Below, piece after piece: positions 1 through 14,484 of a DNA stretch of 62,774 nucleotides. The translations under genes were made by a program, and so were the position numbers. Source of the stretch: Mizuhopecten yessoensis. Its lineage: Eukaryota. Every line of letters begins with the position of its first letter. Position 1 is the first letter of the stretch. The stretch spans positions 37,134-99,907 of the forward strand of contig NW_018405634.1 of assembly GCF_002113885.1 (NCBI RefSeq), in the 5' to 3' direction. The notes beneath the pieces were generated by a model. The model had not been told where the DNA came from, did no database searches, and saw nothing but the letters and a program-made list of their open reading frames with translations.

Positions 1-900
1 TCACCCACGTTATGTACACTTCCGTTCTAGACCCCTGGGTCACCCACGTTATGTACACTTCCGTTCTAGACCCCTGGGTCACCCACGTTATGTACACTTC
101 CGTTCTAGACCCCTGGGTCACCCACGTTATGTACACTTCCGTTCTAGACCCCTGGGTCACCCACGTTATGTACACTTCCGTTCTAGACCCCTGGGTCACC
201 CACGTTATGTACACTTCCGTTCTAGACCCCTGGGTCACCCACGTTATGTACACTTCCGTTCTAGACCCCTGGGTCACCCACGTTATGTACACTTCCGTTC
301 TAGACCCCTGGGTCACCCACGTTATGTACACTTCCGTTCTAGACCCCTGGGTCACCCACGTTATGTACACTTCCGTTCTAGACCCCTGGGTCACCAACGC
401 AATGTACACTTCCGTTGTAGACCCCAGGATCACCCACGTAATGTACACTTCCGTTGTAGACCCAAGGTTCACCCACGTAATGTACACTTCCGTTGTAGAC
501 CCCAAATTCACCCACGTAATGTACACTTCCGTTGTCGACCCCAGGTTCACCCACGTTATGTACACTTCCGTTCTAGACCCCTGGGTCACCCACGTTATGT
601 ACACTTCCGTTCTAGACCCCTGGGTCACCAACGCAATGTACACTTCCGTTGTAGACCCCAGGATCACCCACGTAATGTACACCTTCGTTGTAGACGACTG
701 GGTCACCCACGCAGTTTACATTTCCGTTGTAATCGCCAGGGTCACCCACGCAATGTACACTTCCATTGTATACCCGAGGGTCACCAACACAATGTACACT
801 TCCGTTGTAGACCCGAGGGTCACCAACACAATGTGCACTTCCGTTGTAGACCCGAGGGTCACCAACACAATGTACACTTCCGTTGTGGACCCCTGGGTCA
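1..900. repeat. 39-bp minisatellite, ~23 copies, running off the window start
   Basis: Unit TCACCCACGTTATGTACACTTCCGTTCTAGACCCCTGGG. The first ~10 copies are identical and later ones diverge. Confidence 0.97.
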
Positions 901-1578
901 TCCATGAAATATAAACTTCCTTCGCATCGCAAATGACCTCAAGGTCACTGACGACAGATAAAGCTTCGTTGTTATTAGACCCCGAGGTTAATATCAACAG
1001 ATAACTCTTCCATTGTTATGTGCCATACCGCAGAGTCACTAACAACAATACATTTACAACACCGGACCACTTGACGGTATTTTTTGGGTCTTTGCCAATA
1101 GTTAAACATAACACTTCGTTGTAACATTGACTAGTGACCTAAACGTACTCGCACAACCTATATCTGTGACCTTATCACTGAGGTCTAAAAATACTTTTTT
1201 TGAAAACATCCTACAAGGAGGACAAGTGATATGGTCTAAATGAGATGTTTAAATCCTTGTCAACTTATCAGTAAGATAGAGAAGGTGGGGGATATGGGTT
1301 ACGATTCACCTACCACATTCATGTTACACTCCTACAATATATCAGCTTTGGACAAATAGTTGTTGAAAAAATAAATACTGGATAACGTTTTAAGAAAACA
1401 TGTCACAAACCCTATACTTTCACTTAATTACGTTATAAAAAGTGTCTGCATACACATTGAATAATAACTGAGAACAATTAAAAATATCTTTGTAAATCCC
1501 AGAGCAGTTCATGAGTTATCTCTCATACGATAGCTTGTGCACGAGATAGAAAGAAATTACGGCAACGGAAAGATTGAG

Positions 1579-2125
1579 CATGTAAAGCGGGCCGGTGTCC
1601 TTCATGTAAAGCGGGCCGGTGTCCTTCATGTAAAGCGGGCCGGTGAAATTCATGTAAAGCGAGCCGGTGTCTTTCATGTAAAGCGGGCCGGTGTCCTTCA
1701 TGTTAAGCGGGCCGGTGTCCTTCACGTAACACGGGCCGTTGTCCTTCATGTAACGCGGGCCGGTGTAATTCATGTAAAGCGGGCCGGTGTCCTTCATGTT
1801 AAGCGGGCCGGTGTCCTTCATGTAACGCGGGCCGTTGTCCTTCCTGTAAAGCGGGCCGGTGTAATTCATGTAAAGAGGGCCGGTCTCCTTCATGTAAAGC
1901 GGGCCGGTCTCCTTCATGTAAAGCGGGCCGGTGTAATTCATGTAACGCGGGCCGGTGTAATTCATGTAAAGCGGGCCGGTGTAATTCATGGCCGGTGTCC
2001 TTCATGTAAAGCGGGTCGGTCTCCTTCATGTAAAGCGGGCCGGTGTAATTCATGTAACGCGGGCCGGTGTCATTCATGTAACGCGGGCCGGTGTCCGTCA
2101 TGTAAAGCGGGCCGGTCTCCTTCAT
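1579..2125. repeat. 24-bp minisatellite, ~23 copies
   Basis: Unit CATGTAAAGCGGGCCGGTGTCCTT. Confidence 0.97.
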
Positions 2126-2572
2126 GACGGAGATAACAAAGGAGTTGAAAACACTGTTTGAGGATCTCTATAGTGACAAGCCAATGTTTTTGCTCAAAAC
2201 TGAAGTAAAGCATCGAGGATCAAACCGAACTAAAGCTAGATTCCGACTTTGAACAGTTGTTGCTTGACATGGCAAGTAGGTTACCCGAATGTCGTGATGC
2301 TTAACCAACCTTAGCCCGTTGTGAAGTACTGTGAAACAGCAATATTGCTTATTATCAAATTTTCGGATGCAGTAGGGAGCACAATCAGGGGTAATTTTGT
2401 TATCTATATATTATTCAATTAAAACTTGGTAATAATGCAAATTGTGACAACTCAACAAGTTGATTTGTAGCTGATTTACAAATAAATACAGTCGGTGCGT
2501 TTCTGTGGTAGAAGAAACTGATCTAGTTATTGCAAGGTTTGGTGAAATGCCATTGCGAAGATGGGGACTTTT

Positions 2573-5500
2573 GTAAGTCTAACACCAGACTAGTAACAAC
2601 AACACACAAGTTTGAGTTAGTAGAGATTTATGTAAGTCTAACACCAGACTAGTAACAACTACACACAAGAGTGACTTAGTAGAGATTTGGGGGAGTCTAA
2701 CACCAGACTAGGTAAGTCTAACACCAGAGTAGTAACAACAACACACAGGTGTGAGTTAGTAGAGATTTATGTTAGTCTAACACCAGACTAGTAACAACAA
2801 CTCACAAGTTTGAGTTAGTAGAGATTTATGTCAGTCTAACACCAGCCTATAGTAACAACAACAGACAAGTGTGACTTAGTAAAGATTTATGTAAGTCTTA
2901 CACCAGACTATAGTAACAGCAGCACACAAGTGTGACTTAGTCGAGATTTATGTAAGTCTTACACCAGACTATAACACCAGACTAGTAACACCAACACACA
3001 AGTGTGACCTAGTAGAGATTTATGTACGTCTACGCCAGACTATAGCAACAACAACACACAAGTTTGAGATAGTAGAGATTTATGTAATTTTAACACCAGA
3101 CTAGTACAACAACACACAAGTGCAACAACACACAAGTGTGAAGTAGAGATTTATGTAAGCCTAACACCAGACTATAGTAACAGCAGCACACAAGTGTGAC
3201 TTAGCACAGATTTATGTAAGTCTTAAACCAGACTATAGTAACAGCAGCACACAAGTGTGACTTAGTCGAGATTTATGTAAGTCTAATACCAGACTAGTAA
3301 CAACTACACACAAGTGTGACTTAGTAGGGATTTATGTAAGTCTAATACCAGACTAGTAACAACAACCCACAAGTGTGACTTAGTCGAGATTTATGTAAGT
3401 CTTACACCAGACTATAACACCAGACTAGTAACACCAACACACAAGTGTGACGACTTAGTAGAGATTTACGTAAGTCTAACACCAGACAATAGTAACAACG
3501 ACACACAAGTGTGACTTAATAAAGATTTATGTAAGTCTTAAACCAGACTATAGTAACAGCAGCACACAAGTGTGACTTAGCACAGATTTATGTAAGTCTT
3601 AAACCAGACTATAGTAACAGCAGCACACAAGTGTGACTTAGGAAAGATTTATGTAAGTCTTACACCAGACTATAACACCAGACTAGTAACACCAACACAC
3701 AACTGTGACTTAGTAGAGATTTGGGGGAGTCTAACACCAGACTAGTACAACAACACACAAGTGTTGCTTAGTAGAGATTTATGTACGTCTAACACCAGAC
3801 TAGAAACAACAACACACAAGTGTGGCTTAGTAGAGATTTATGTCAGTCTAACACCAGCCTATAGTAACAACAACAGACAAGTGTGACTTAGTAAAGATTT
3901 ATGTAAGTCTTACACCAGACTATAACACCAGACTAGTAACACCAACACACAAGTGTGACGACTTAGTAGAGATTTAGGTAAGTCTAACACCAGACAATAG
4001 TAACAACGACACACAAGTGTGACTTAGGAAAGATTTATGTAAGTCTTAAACCAGACTATAGTAACAGCAGCACACAAGTGTGACTTAGTCGAGATTTATG
4101 TAAGTCTTAAACCAGACTATAGTAACAGCAGCACACAAGTGTGACTTAGCACAGATTTATGTAAGTCTTACACCAGACTATAACACCAGACTAGTAAAAA
4201 CAACACACAAGTGTGTCTTAGTAGAGATTTATGCAAGTCTAACACCAGACTAGTAACAATAACACATAAGTTTGAGTTAGTAGATATTTATGTAGGTCTA
4301 ACACCAGACTAGTAACTACAACACACAAGTGTGACCTAGTAGAGATTTATGTACGTCTAACACCAGACTAGTAACAATAACACATAAGTTTGAGTTAGTA
4401 GAGATTTATGTACGTCTAACACCAGACTAGTAAAAACAACACACAAGTGTGAAGTAGAGATTTATGTAATTTTAACACCAGACTAGTACAACAACACACA
4501 AGTGCGACATAGTAGAGATTTATGTACGTCTAACACCAGACTATAGTAACAGCAGCACACAAGTGTGACTTAGTCGAGATTTATGTAAGTCTAGCACCAG
4601 ACTATAGTAACAGCAGCACACAAGTGTGACTTAGTCGAGATTTATGTAAGTCTTACACCAGACTATAACACCAGACTAGTAACTACAACACACAAGTGTG
4701 AAGTAGAGATTTATGTAAGCCTAACACCAGACTATAGTAACAGCAGCACACAAGTGTGACTTAATAAAGATTTATGTAAGTCTTACACCAGACTATAACA
4801 CCAGACTAGTAACTACAACACACAAGTGTGAGTTAGTAGAGATTAATGTAAGTCTAACCCCAGACTAGTAACAACAACCCACAAGTGTGACTTAGTCGAG
4901 ATTTATGTAAGTCTAGCACCAGACTATAGTAACAGCAGCACACAAGTGTGACTTAGCACAGATTTATGTAAGTCTTACACCAGACTATAACACCAGACTA
5001 GTAACACCAACACACAAGTGTGACGACTTAGTAGAGATTTAGGTAAGTCTAACACCAGAGTAGTAACAACAACACACAGGTGTGAGTTAGTAGAGATTTA
5101 CGTAAGTCTAACACCAGAATGTAGTATCAACAACACGCAAGTGTGATTTAGTAGAGATTTATGTCAGTCTAACACCAGCCTATAGTAACAACAACAGACA
5201 AGTGTGACTTAGTAAAGATTTATGTAAGTCTTACACCAGACTATAACACCAGACTAGTAAAAACAACACACAAGTGTGACTTAGTAAAGATTTATGTAAG
5301 TCTTAAACCAGACTATAGTAACAGCAGCACACAAGTGTGACTTAGTAGAGATTTATGTAAGTCTACGCCAGACTATAGTAACAACAACACACAAGTGTGA
5401 CTTAGTAGAGATTTATGTAAGTCTAACACCAGACTATAGTAACAACAACACACAAGTGTGACTTAGCAGAGAGTTATGTGAGTCTAACACCAGACTATAG

Positions 5501-7225
5501 TAGCAACAACACACAAGTGTGACTTAGTAGAGATTTATGTAAGTCTAACAACAGACTAGTCACAACAACACCCAAGTGTGACTTAGCAGAGATTTATGTA
5601 AGTCTAACACCAGACTATAGTAGCAACAACACACAAGTGTGACTTAGTAGGGATTTATGTAAGTCTAACACCAGACTATAGTAACAACAACACACAAGTG
5701 TGACTTAGCAGAGATTTATGTCAGTCTAACACCAGACTATAGTAGCAACAACACACAAGTGTGACTTAGTAGAGATTTATGTAAGTCTACGCCAGACTAT
5801 AGTAACAACAACACACAAGTGTGAGTTAGTAGAGATTTATGTAAGTCTAACACCAGACTAGTAACAACTACACACAAGTGTGACTTAGGAGAGATTTATG
5901 TAAGTCTAACACCAGACATGTAACAACAGCACACAAGTGTGACTTAGTAGAGATTTATGTAAGTCTAACACCAGACTCTAGTAACAACAACACACAAGTG
6001 TGAGTTAGTAGAGATTTATGTAAGTCTAACACCAGACTAGTAACGACAACACACAAGTGTGACTTAGTAGAGATTTATGTAAGTCTACGCCAGACTATAG
6101 TAACAACAACACACAAGTGTGACTTAGCAGAGGTTTATGTAAGTCTAACACCAGACATGTAACAACAACACACAAGTGTGACTTAGCAGAGGTTTATGTA
6201 AGTCTAACACCAGACATGTAACAACAACACACAAGTGTGACTTAGTAGAGATTTATGTAAGTCTACGCCAGACTATAGTAACAACAACCCACAAGTGTGA
6301 CTTAGTAGAGATTTATGTAAGTCTACGCCAGACTATAGTAACAACAACCCACAAGTGTGACTTAGTAGAGATTTATGTAAGTCTACGCCAGACTATAGTA
6401 ACAACAACCCACAAGTGTGACTTAGTAGAGATTTATGTAAGTCTACGCCAGACTATAGTAACAACAACCCACAAGTGTGACTTAGTAGAGATTTATGTAA
6501 GTCTACGCCAGACTATAGTAACAACAACCCACAAGTGTGACTTAGTAGAGATTTATGTAAGTCTAACATCAGACTAGTAACAACAACACACAAGTGTGAC
6601 TTAGCAGAGGTTTATGTAAGTCTAACACCAGACATGTAACAACAGCACACAAGTGTGACTTAGTAGAGATTTATGTAAGTCTAACACCAGACTAGTAACA
6701 ACTACACACAAGTGTGACTTAGGAGAGATTTATGTAAGTCTAACACCAGACATGTAACAACAACACACAAGTGTGACTTAGCAGAGGTTTATGTAAGTCT
6801 AACACCAGACATGTAACAACAACACACAAGTGTGACTTAGCAGAGGTTTATGTAAGTCTAACACCAGACATGTAACAACAGCACACAAGTGTGACTTAGT
6901 AGAGATTTATGTAAGTCTAACAGCAGACTAGTAACAACAACACACAAGTGTGACTTAGAAGAGATTTATGTAAGTCTAACAGCAGACTAGTAACAACAAC
7001 ACACAAGTGTGACGTAGCAGAGATTTATGTAAGTCTAACACCAGACTAGTAACAACTACACACAAGTGTGACTTAGGAGAGATTTATGTAAGTCTAACAC
7101 CAGACATGTAACAACAACACACAAGTGTGACTCAGTTGAGATTTTTGTAAGTCTAACACCAGACTATAGTAACAACACACAAGTTACTGTTAGTAAAAAT
7201 ATATGTAAGTCTAACACCAGACACG
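2573..7225. repeat. ~58-60-bp satellite array, ~75-80 copies
   Basis: Unit GTAAGTCTAACACCAGACTA(TA)GTAACAACAACACACAAGTGTGACTTAGTAGAGATTTAT. Confidence 0.98.
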
Positions 7226-7254
7226 TGTGACTCTAGAGACTTACAACAATCGCT

Positions 7255-7826
7255 TTCTAATTACCTAACTACCGATGTACCTCGCCGTGACCCAAACTGG
7301 AGCAAAAATATAACAACGACAGAGCTCCGACGAGAAAGGACTTGACAAATTGACGGTATCGATACCGATGTAGTACCGGCGTTTCCGTTGTGATACCGTT
7401 GTTCTACCGTTGACCTACTTAAGAGCCGTTGTGCTACCGAATACAATGTACCACTTTTCTGTTACTTTAGTGTTTCCGATATGGCGTCAATGTGATACCG
7501 AGGCATCAGTACTACTTCGGTGGTATTCAGTAGAACTACGGTATCACATCGGTACCAGCACATTACTAAGTAAAGCCAACGGAAAGCTGCCGATGCTCGC
7601 TCCGGCAGCGCAACGGCGGAATTTCTTTAGCATGTTCTAAAATGTTCTACCGTCGCCTGCCGATGCCAACTTTTTCGCCAATATTCTGACGCTGTCCTGA
7701 CGATGTACTACCGTTCTTAGCGATTTTTTACCGTTGCGCTGCCGTACTAGTACCGATCCCCGAAAATCGCCAAATGTGTGCTCCGGTATAGCTCCGGCGA
7801 CCCAAATCGGCTAGGTGTGACAGGCC
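7255..7826. mobile_element. Truncated CpG-rich non-autonomous DNA element (one end preserved)
   Basis: Abrupt CpG-rich block ending GTGTGACAGGCC|TTAA, a terminus type seen in Harbinger-like MITEs. The matching other end was not found. Confidence 0.4.
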
Positions 7827-7830
7827 TTAA

Positions 7831-8468
7831 AGGGGCTGGTCGGGGGGGAACAAATGTCATATTTGCTAAAATGGCATACACATGTTTAAAATACCTTCTT
7901 ATGAAATATACCGATTCAAATTTTGCTGAAATTCACTCCCTAAGAGTAAAAATTATAATTATATTAAAGAAATCCTAAATCGTCACTTGACAGTCTAAAA
8001 CTCTCATTTGACCCAGATCAGTGATGTAATCTTACCGCACGCGCGTCATCAACAAGGTCAAATGTAAATATCGCGGCGATATAAAAAGATGCATGCAAAA
8101 GTCATGACAGGCACGAGGTATCAATACCGTTATATATAACAACAAAATATAGGTAGGAATACTATACACTTGCATCATACATGACCTTTGAAAACAATTA
8201 TTTACGTATAGTATTGCTGTCTTGTCCGCTAGTTGAGTCCGACATGGCACATGACGGCGTGCTATTGTTGTTATCTTCACTGCCTCACTTTCGAAACAAC
8301 CACGTGACATATATAAATAGATTTACGCGGGGCTTCCCCGATATTCAGTGGTCATAACTGGACATTGCAAGCAGAACTCGACCATCATATTGCTTTGGTA
8401 TAACTTTTGGAAGGCCAGAGAACGCATTTAGACCCATTTATTTTGTATTTTTTCCCCGACCAGCCCCT
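7831..8468. mobile_element. MITE with TTAA target duplication, Kolobok-like (638 bp)
   Basis: TTAA|AGGGGCTGGTCGGGG ... CCCCGACCAGCCCCT|TTAA. Termini start with purines, as in Kolobok rather than piggyBac. Confidence 0.85.
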
Positions 8469-9811
8469 TTAAGGATCAAGACCTATACTTCTCTGCTTCG
8501 TATGTTATAGTTTTAATGCTACCATTTATATGGAAAAGATAATCATGTCAAACGAAATGTTATTTAGACATTTGTCGGCTTCAGTTTATTGTTTAGTGCT
8601 TATAGCCAGAGTGTTTTGGCCTCGTTGATATAGTACCAAAAGGGTGGTGCCACAGATCCTCAACCACCATCGAAATGAAGCACACACATGGAAAAAAAGG
8701 GTGGGGGGGTCTGCTACCTTATCTGTTAAATGATAAGGTGACTTATCCCAAATACTATATACAGCTTATCTGTGATACATGTTTTTACAAAGGTAAACAT
8801 ATGAACAATAATTTGCAGTCCTCATCACTAGTATATATAGTCGACATATATCACGTAAATTATGATTTTCGGTGCAACGTTTTTCAAAACCAAATCAACT
8901 GTGGCATGTAAATAGCGAAGGTTGGGGAAACAAGCTTGTTACTATCAAGAATTGCAAATTTCACGATCGGAAACACTGTGTAAATGAATCGTCTGTTTGC
9001 ATAGACAAGCATTAACAATAGCAGACTAAGTAAAATATGTAAAGACAGAACCATGACTTTCTTAGGGGGATGCGGCCCCTAGGTACTATTCCCGGGGACG
9101 CACTGGAAGCGTCAAAATCCCAACTCCTTGACTATTTATACAAATCCTTGGCATTGAAAGACAATCATACTAAAATTAAATTGAAAACATTGGGATTGTT
9201 CTAGCAGCAATGCCAACCACCGTGTGATGTGATACGGATCCAAAATGATATAAAATATTTCCGTAATTTACTCACATTTTGTCATGATCACTAAAATATC
9301 TACGTAAAATATGCCCTTTTTAAAGAAATATCTAACACTTGGTTAAAATGCATTTTGAATTATGCATGCAGCTATATCTTTAAACAATTGGTTTCTGCTA
9401 CACGCGAGATCTTGTTTTTATTTTTATCAGTCCGACGATATTCAGTGATAGAGTTTGTGATTGAGTCAAATGCCCATGTTGTGAAAAAAAGAGGAATCTT
9501 GGTTGAAATAAGAAAAATATTTCAGTTCTGATATGCAAAGAAGATATTTCCTGTGACTTTCTGTGATCATGGATTGTATATATATGTATCATTACGTATA
9601 ATACGTTTAATGGACACTGCATCATCATGTTGACACTGTTGGCACTGTGACCGACGCATTTTCTTTATTACATCACTATCTGTTTAAAACATTAAGACGT
9701 CATGATTAAGTATTAGTTCTATTACAAATCAGGTTCTGATTTGATACAGTAACGAAGGTAATAGTCATGCAAAACTCCGAAAGCATACATGCTAGAAATA
9801 GGTATAAACTG

Positions 9812-10047
9812 AAGCACGAACTAGGCAATAGGTAAAGCACGAACTAGGCAATAGGTAACGCACGAACTAGGCAATAGGTAAAGCACGAACTAGGCAATAG
9901 ATAAAGCACGAACTAGGCAATAGGTAAAGCACGAAATAGGCAATAGATAAAGCACGAAATAGGCAATAGGTAAAGCACGAACTAGGCAATAGGTAAAGCA
10001 CGAACTAGGCAATAGGTATGCACGAACTAGGCAATAGATAAAGCACA
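9812..10047. repeat. 23-bp minisatellite, ~10 copies
   Basis: Unit AAGCACGAACTAGGCAATAGGTA. Confidence 0.95.
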
Positions 10048-11144
10048 AAGAAACCATGTTGTCATGTTTTGAACTGGGAGTATACAAAATATCAAACACT
10101 AAAGAAGAAAAGCGTGTTTGCTCATCAACAAAAAGCTGTAGTTACTGACTGATTAACGTGCGATTAATACATCGGGTTTAGTTTGAACCGTTCCAAGACA
10201 AGATAAGGCAACTTTGGTAATTCCTTGGGTTGGCTTGCAACAACGACTAAAACCATGATATATTTCTTTATATTATTAGCAAAAGGAAAAATATTGTATT
10301 TCTCGAAGTTATCATAGAAATATAATATGACTGTGACAAAAAGACTATCATGTTTCTAAATGTTCCTAAAATAGATTTTAATAAAATTCCTTCTTTGAGG
10401 GATTAGGATATTCTGTATAACCAAGACATCGCGCAACCCCGGCCTCCATTGAGATATGTTTTGAGAATAAGTATTATATTGGCACAAGTATGACACAATC
10501 AATTATCTGGCTGGGCACTCGATGATACTCTCCTTGTCTTTGGTATAATTATCACATACCAACTTTATGCAACATGTTTGTGTGGCCTTATTCCTGTCTT
10601 GGTAATCAGGAAGCGCAAGCAGATAGAGATATAAGAGCAAATATTGATTTGTCATAGAGAAAACTCAAAATATTTTCAATTAGAAATAAATTAACGAACA
10701 ATTCTTATAAAATTAGATACAAAAAGATTATGTTTTCGTATTTCTCTGTTACAGTATCATAGGCATAATAGGCATATTTAATGTTTTTAAACTACTTGAT
10801 AGATACTCTCTAGATAGGAAAAAGTACGCTCTCTGGAAAACCTCGTCTTATTCTCCTTGTACTTTTACAATGGTCCAGTTGTAAATCTTGCCATTGTGGT
10901 ATGGATTTTGAGTTCGAATTGCGGATTTGAATTCTCTATGGGGTTTATGTAATGCTTGCCATAATTGCATTGTCGCTTGAAAAGAACATCTGTTAAACTC
11001 TGTCTTAGTTTAGCTTCTATGAACAACAGTGTTTGTTATCGAGATAAAATAGAATATCATTACAAGGAAAACGTGTTTTCCTTTGTATCACTAGATTACA
11101 ACACCCAGTACGAGTATTGAAAGACCCCTTTGTAGCCATGTGTA

Positions 11145-12301
11145 ACAATGGGGTGTTTCGTGTGTACTATGGGGTGTTTCGTGTGTACTATGGGGTGTTT
11201 CGTGTGAACAATGGGGGGGTTTCGTGTGTACTATGGGGGGTTTCGTGTGTACTATGGGGGTTTTCGTGTGTACTCTGGGGTGTTTCGTGTGTACAATGGG
11301 GTGTTTCGTGTGTACTTTGGGGTGTTTCGTGTGAACAATGGGGTGTTTCGTGTGTACTATGGGGAGTTTCGTGTGTACAATGGGGTGTTTCGTGTGTACT
11401 TTTGGGTGTTTCGTGTGAACAAGGGGGTGTTTCGTGTGTACTATGGGGTGTTTCGTGTGAACAATGGGGGGGTTTCGTGTGTACTATGGGGGGTTTCGTG
11501 TGTACTATGGGGTGTTTCGTGTGTACTATGAGGTGTTTAGTGGGTACTATGGGGTGTTTCGTGTGTACTATGAGGTGTTTCGTGGGTACTATGGGGGGTT
11601 TCGTGTGTACTATGGGGGTTTTCGTGTGTACTATGGGGTGTTTCGTGTGTACTATGAGGTGTTTCGTGGGTACTATGGGGGGTTTCGTGTGTACTATGGG
11701 GGTTTTCGTGTGTACTCTGGGGTGTTTCGTGTGTACTATGGGGAGTTTCGTGTGTACAATGGGGTGTTTCGTGTGTACAATGGGGTTTTTCGTGTACTAT
11801 GGGGTGTTTCGTGTGAACAATGGGGGGGTTTCGTGTGTACTATGGGGGGTTTCGTGTGTACTATGGGGGTTTTCGTGTGTACTATGGGGTGTTTCGTGTG
11901 TACAATGGGGTGTTTCGTTTGTACAATGGGGTGTTTCGTGTGTACGATTGGGCGTTTCGGGTGTACTCTGGGGTGTTTCGTGTGTACAATGGGGGGTTTC
12001 GTGTGTACTATGGGGTGTTTCGTGTGTACTATGGGGTTTTCGTGTGTACTATGGGGTGTTTCGTGTGTACTATGAGGTGTTTCGTGGGTGCTATGGGGTG
12101 TTTCGTGTGTACTATGGGGGTTTTCGTGTGTACTATGGGGTGTTTCGTGTGTACTATGGGGTGTTTCGTGTGTACTATGGGGTGTTTCGTGTGTACTATG
12201 AGGTGTTTCGTGGGTACTATGGGGTGTTTCGTGTGTACTATGGGGGTTTTCGTGTGTACTATGGGGTGTTTCGTGTGTACTATGGGGTGTTTCGTGTGTA
12301 C
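11145..12301. repeat. 21-bp G/T-rich minisatellite, ~55 copies
   Basis: Unit GGGGTGTTTCGTGTGTACTAT. Confidence 0.97.
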
Positions 12302-13044
12302 TTTTTTCCATGTGTCTCCATGTCGATCTTTTCTTTTACTGCATATTTGTCAGCTATCAATCTTGAACATGAATACAACCCATACCTGTTTATTTCGTAG
12401 CACACACTACTTAGCCCGTCAAATATGGGCTATAGCTTTAAACAGAGCAGAGTCTGAGTAGAAAAGTATCGGGGAATTTTAGTTAGAGTTCCGACCCGTG
12501 GATCAAGAACGCCTAGAGCTTGCAAAAGGTGTAACTTAATAACAATTTATCTGATATGGAAAAATAAGCTCATTACTACCTGATATTTCAAATATATATG
12601 ACAGAACGTATAAGGACCGGAGGTCTAAAACGTAAACTTAAACACAATACGAAATGATTGGATTAAAGATGCTGCACAACTGCTATCACCCTCTCAAATC
12701 CTCATACATAGTAGCCACATACAAGGAAGAGGTAATGTATGTCTCACTATGAGAACGACCTATTTATACAAAGCAGGTGTTTTACAAATAATAGCTCTTA
12801 AAATAATCGTCATTAAAATAATTTGCTTCTTGGATTTTATGTGAGTAAAGTCTTAAAGTGCTGTTGAAAACAATCGATGCCTTTCGCCAGAAAGTAAGAG
12901 TTCATTAACTTAAAAATTGACTTTACATAGAGTGACTTTTTAGAGTGTAATGACGGCAAAAAATGTAAGAGTTTGACAAGCAGAGCGACAAGAACACACC
13001 GGGAAAGCCGCAATGTTAACACGGAAAAGAGAAGTTAATGAGCT

Positions 13045-13700
13045 GCCTTTAGGGAAATAACACTTTTGGTTGTATCTTGACAACTTTTTGTAGGAAATTA
13101 TTTTTTCTTGGTGAGAATTATCCTTGGAGGAAGATGGTTTCAAATTGTAAAATAAAGATTCCTACCCAGGGTGGGCCCCAAAGGGAAAATTAACCAATAT
13201 TTCAAAAATCTTCTTCAGACTCGGAGGTACTACAGTCATTCTTTCTGCATGGAAAGAAAGATCATCAGGGGCTTTACTTAAATTGTAAATTTTAGAACCC
13301 CCGAGCAATCCGTTCTCCCTTGTGTGTGTGTGTGTGTGTGGGNNNNNNNNNNNNGGGGGGGGGTAAAGTTTACTATAGTTTATATAGGAAAATAACACTT
13401 TTGGGTATATTTTATCCATTTTCAGCAGAAAATTACTCAAACTTAGTCAGAATCATCTTTGGTGAATTAGGGTATTGCATTGTAAAATTGGGATTCCTGC
13501 CCCATCCCCAGGGGGCTAGGGCGGCCTCCAAAGTGAAAATTTACCAATATTTAAAAATTCTTATCTTTGATGACATGACAAGTATTTTGTTACACTTAGT
13601 TTACATGCTTATTTCCACATCACATCTAAACAATAAAATAAAGCTACCAGTACCTATGATATAACTCAGGTGACCGCTAAGGCCATTGAGCCTCTTGTTT
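13045..13700 (+). mobile_element. Partial Helentron-associated (CvA/pearl-type) non-autonomous element
   Basis: Internal tandem sub-repeats. 3' end CAGGTGACCGCTAAGGCCATTGAGCCTCTTGTTT matches the reverse complement of the 26851 terminus type. Confidence 0.65.
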
Positions 13701-14484
13701 CATTCTCAGCTGATTTTAATTGGCACTCAAGAGTCTGAATTGGGAAGGGGGACAAAAAGACAAGGAAAGTAAGAAAAACCAGAGGACATTTTTATTGTTA
13801 CAAATATATATCTAGTATACAAGTTTTTCATTATTGATAATCTTTATATGTATTTCAATATATGTCAGTAAGTGCCTGTTTTATTATCAGAAGTGTTTGT
13901 GATAAATGAGGTCATATTGACTGATACTCTGTATAGCCTCATTTATAAGAATCAATATGTTAATCTGTATGAATTTCTTTATAACATGAATTCAAAATTT
14001 GGAATCGATTTCAGAGTCATTTAAGATTCGTGACTTAATTGAAACCCTACATGCTGTCCTTGGACTTGCCAAGAGACACTGTCATGGGAGTTATTGCCCT
14101 TCCGAGCGCCTTGTTTCACTTCCGTTTTTAAAAACTAAGGGGTTCAAAGTTATTTCGTTCTGACATAGGGTTTCACTTTTCTCACTTTCTTGTGGTTCTT
14201 TGCGACCTAACAATCTATAGTGTCCTTCCTTATACTCATGTAGGTTGTCGGAGTTCGCAAGGGTATCTACAATATATATTGATCAATTCATGTAGAGAGT
14301 ACTAGGTAAATAAATAAAACACACCAATGTTTTACACTAAAACTAAAAATTGCTGCCCGTTGCATTACCATACTATAATTATTTAGACCCATTGCCAGGT
14401 TTCCTCAGACTGTGAAGTAAAGCAAAGCTTTGCACATTCTTTTGTGGACGCAAAAACTTTTTTGGTTGAAAACGCACACATTAC

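Noticed and set aside
12-2127. Repeat-protein ORFs (300 aa, 196 aa, 157 aa)
   Set aside because: They are translations of 39- and 24-bp minisatellites, open in several frames and strands, with no gene context.
2124-2313. Short coding-looking stretch (MTEITKELKTLFEDL.../EDQTELKLDSDFEQLL...)
   Set aside because: It needs a frameshift, ends in stops, and no homology was recognised.
2573-7225. CRISPR-like array
   Set aside because: Units are contiguous tandem copies with no unique spacers, there are no cas genes, and the context is eukaryotic with spliceosomal introns.
11117-12461. Gly/Val/Cys/Tyr-rich ORFs resembling shell-matrix or keratin-associated proteins
   Set aside because: A 21-bp unit open in several frames, with frequent frame-shifting G-run indels.
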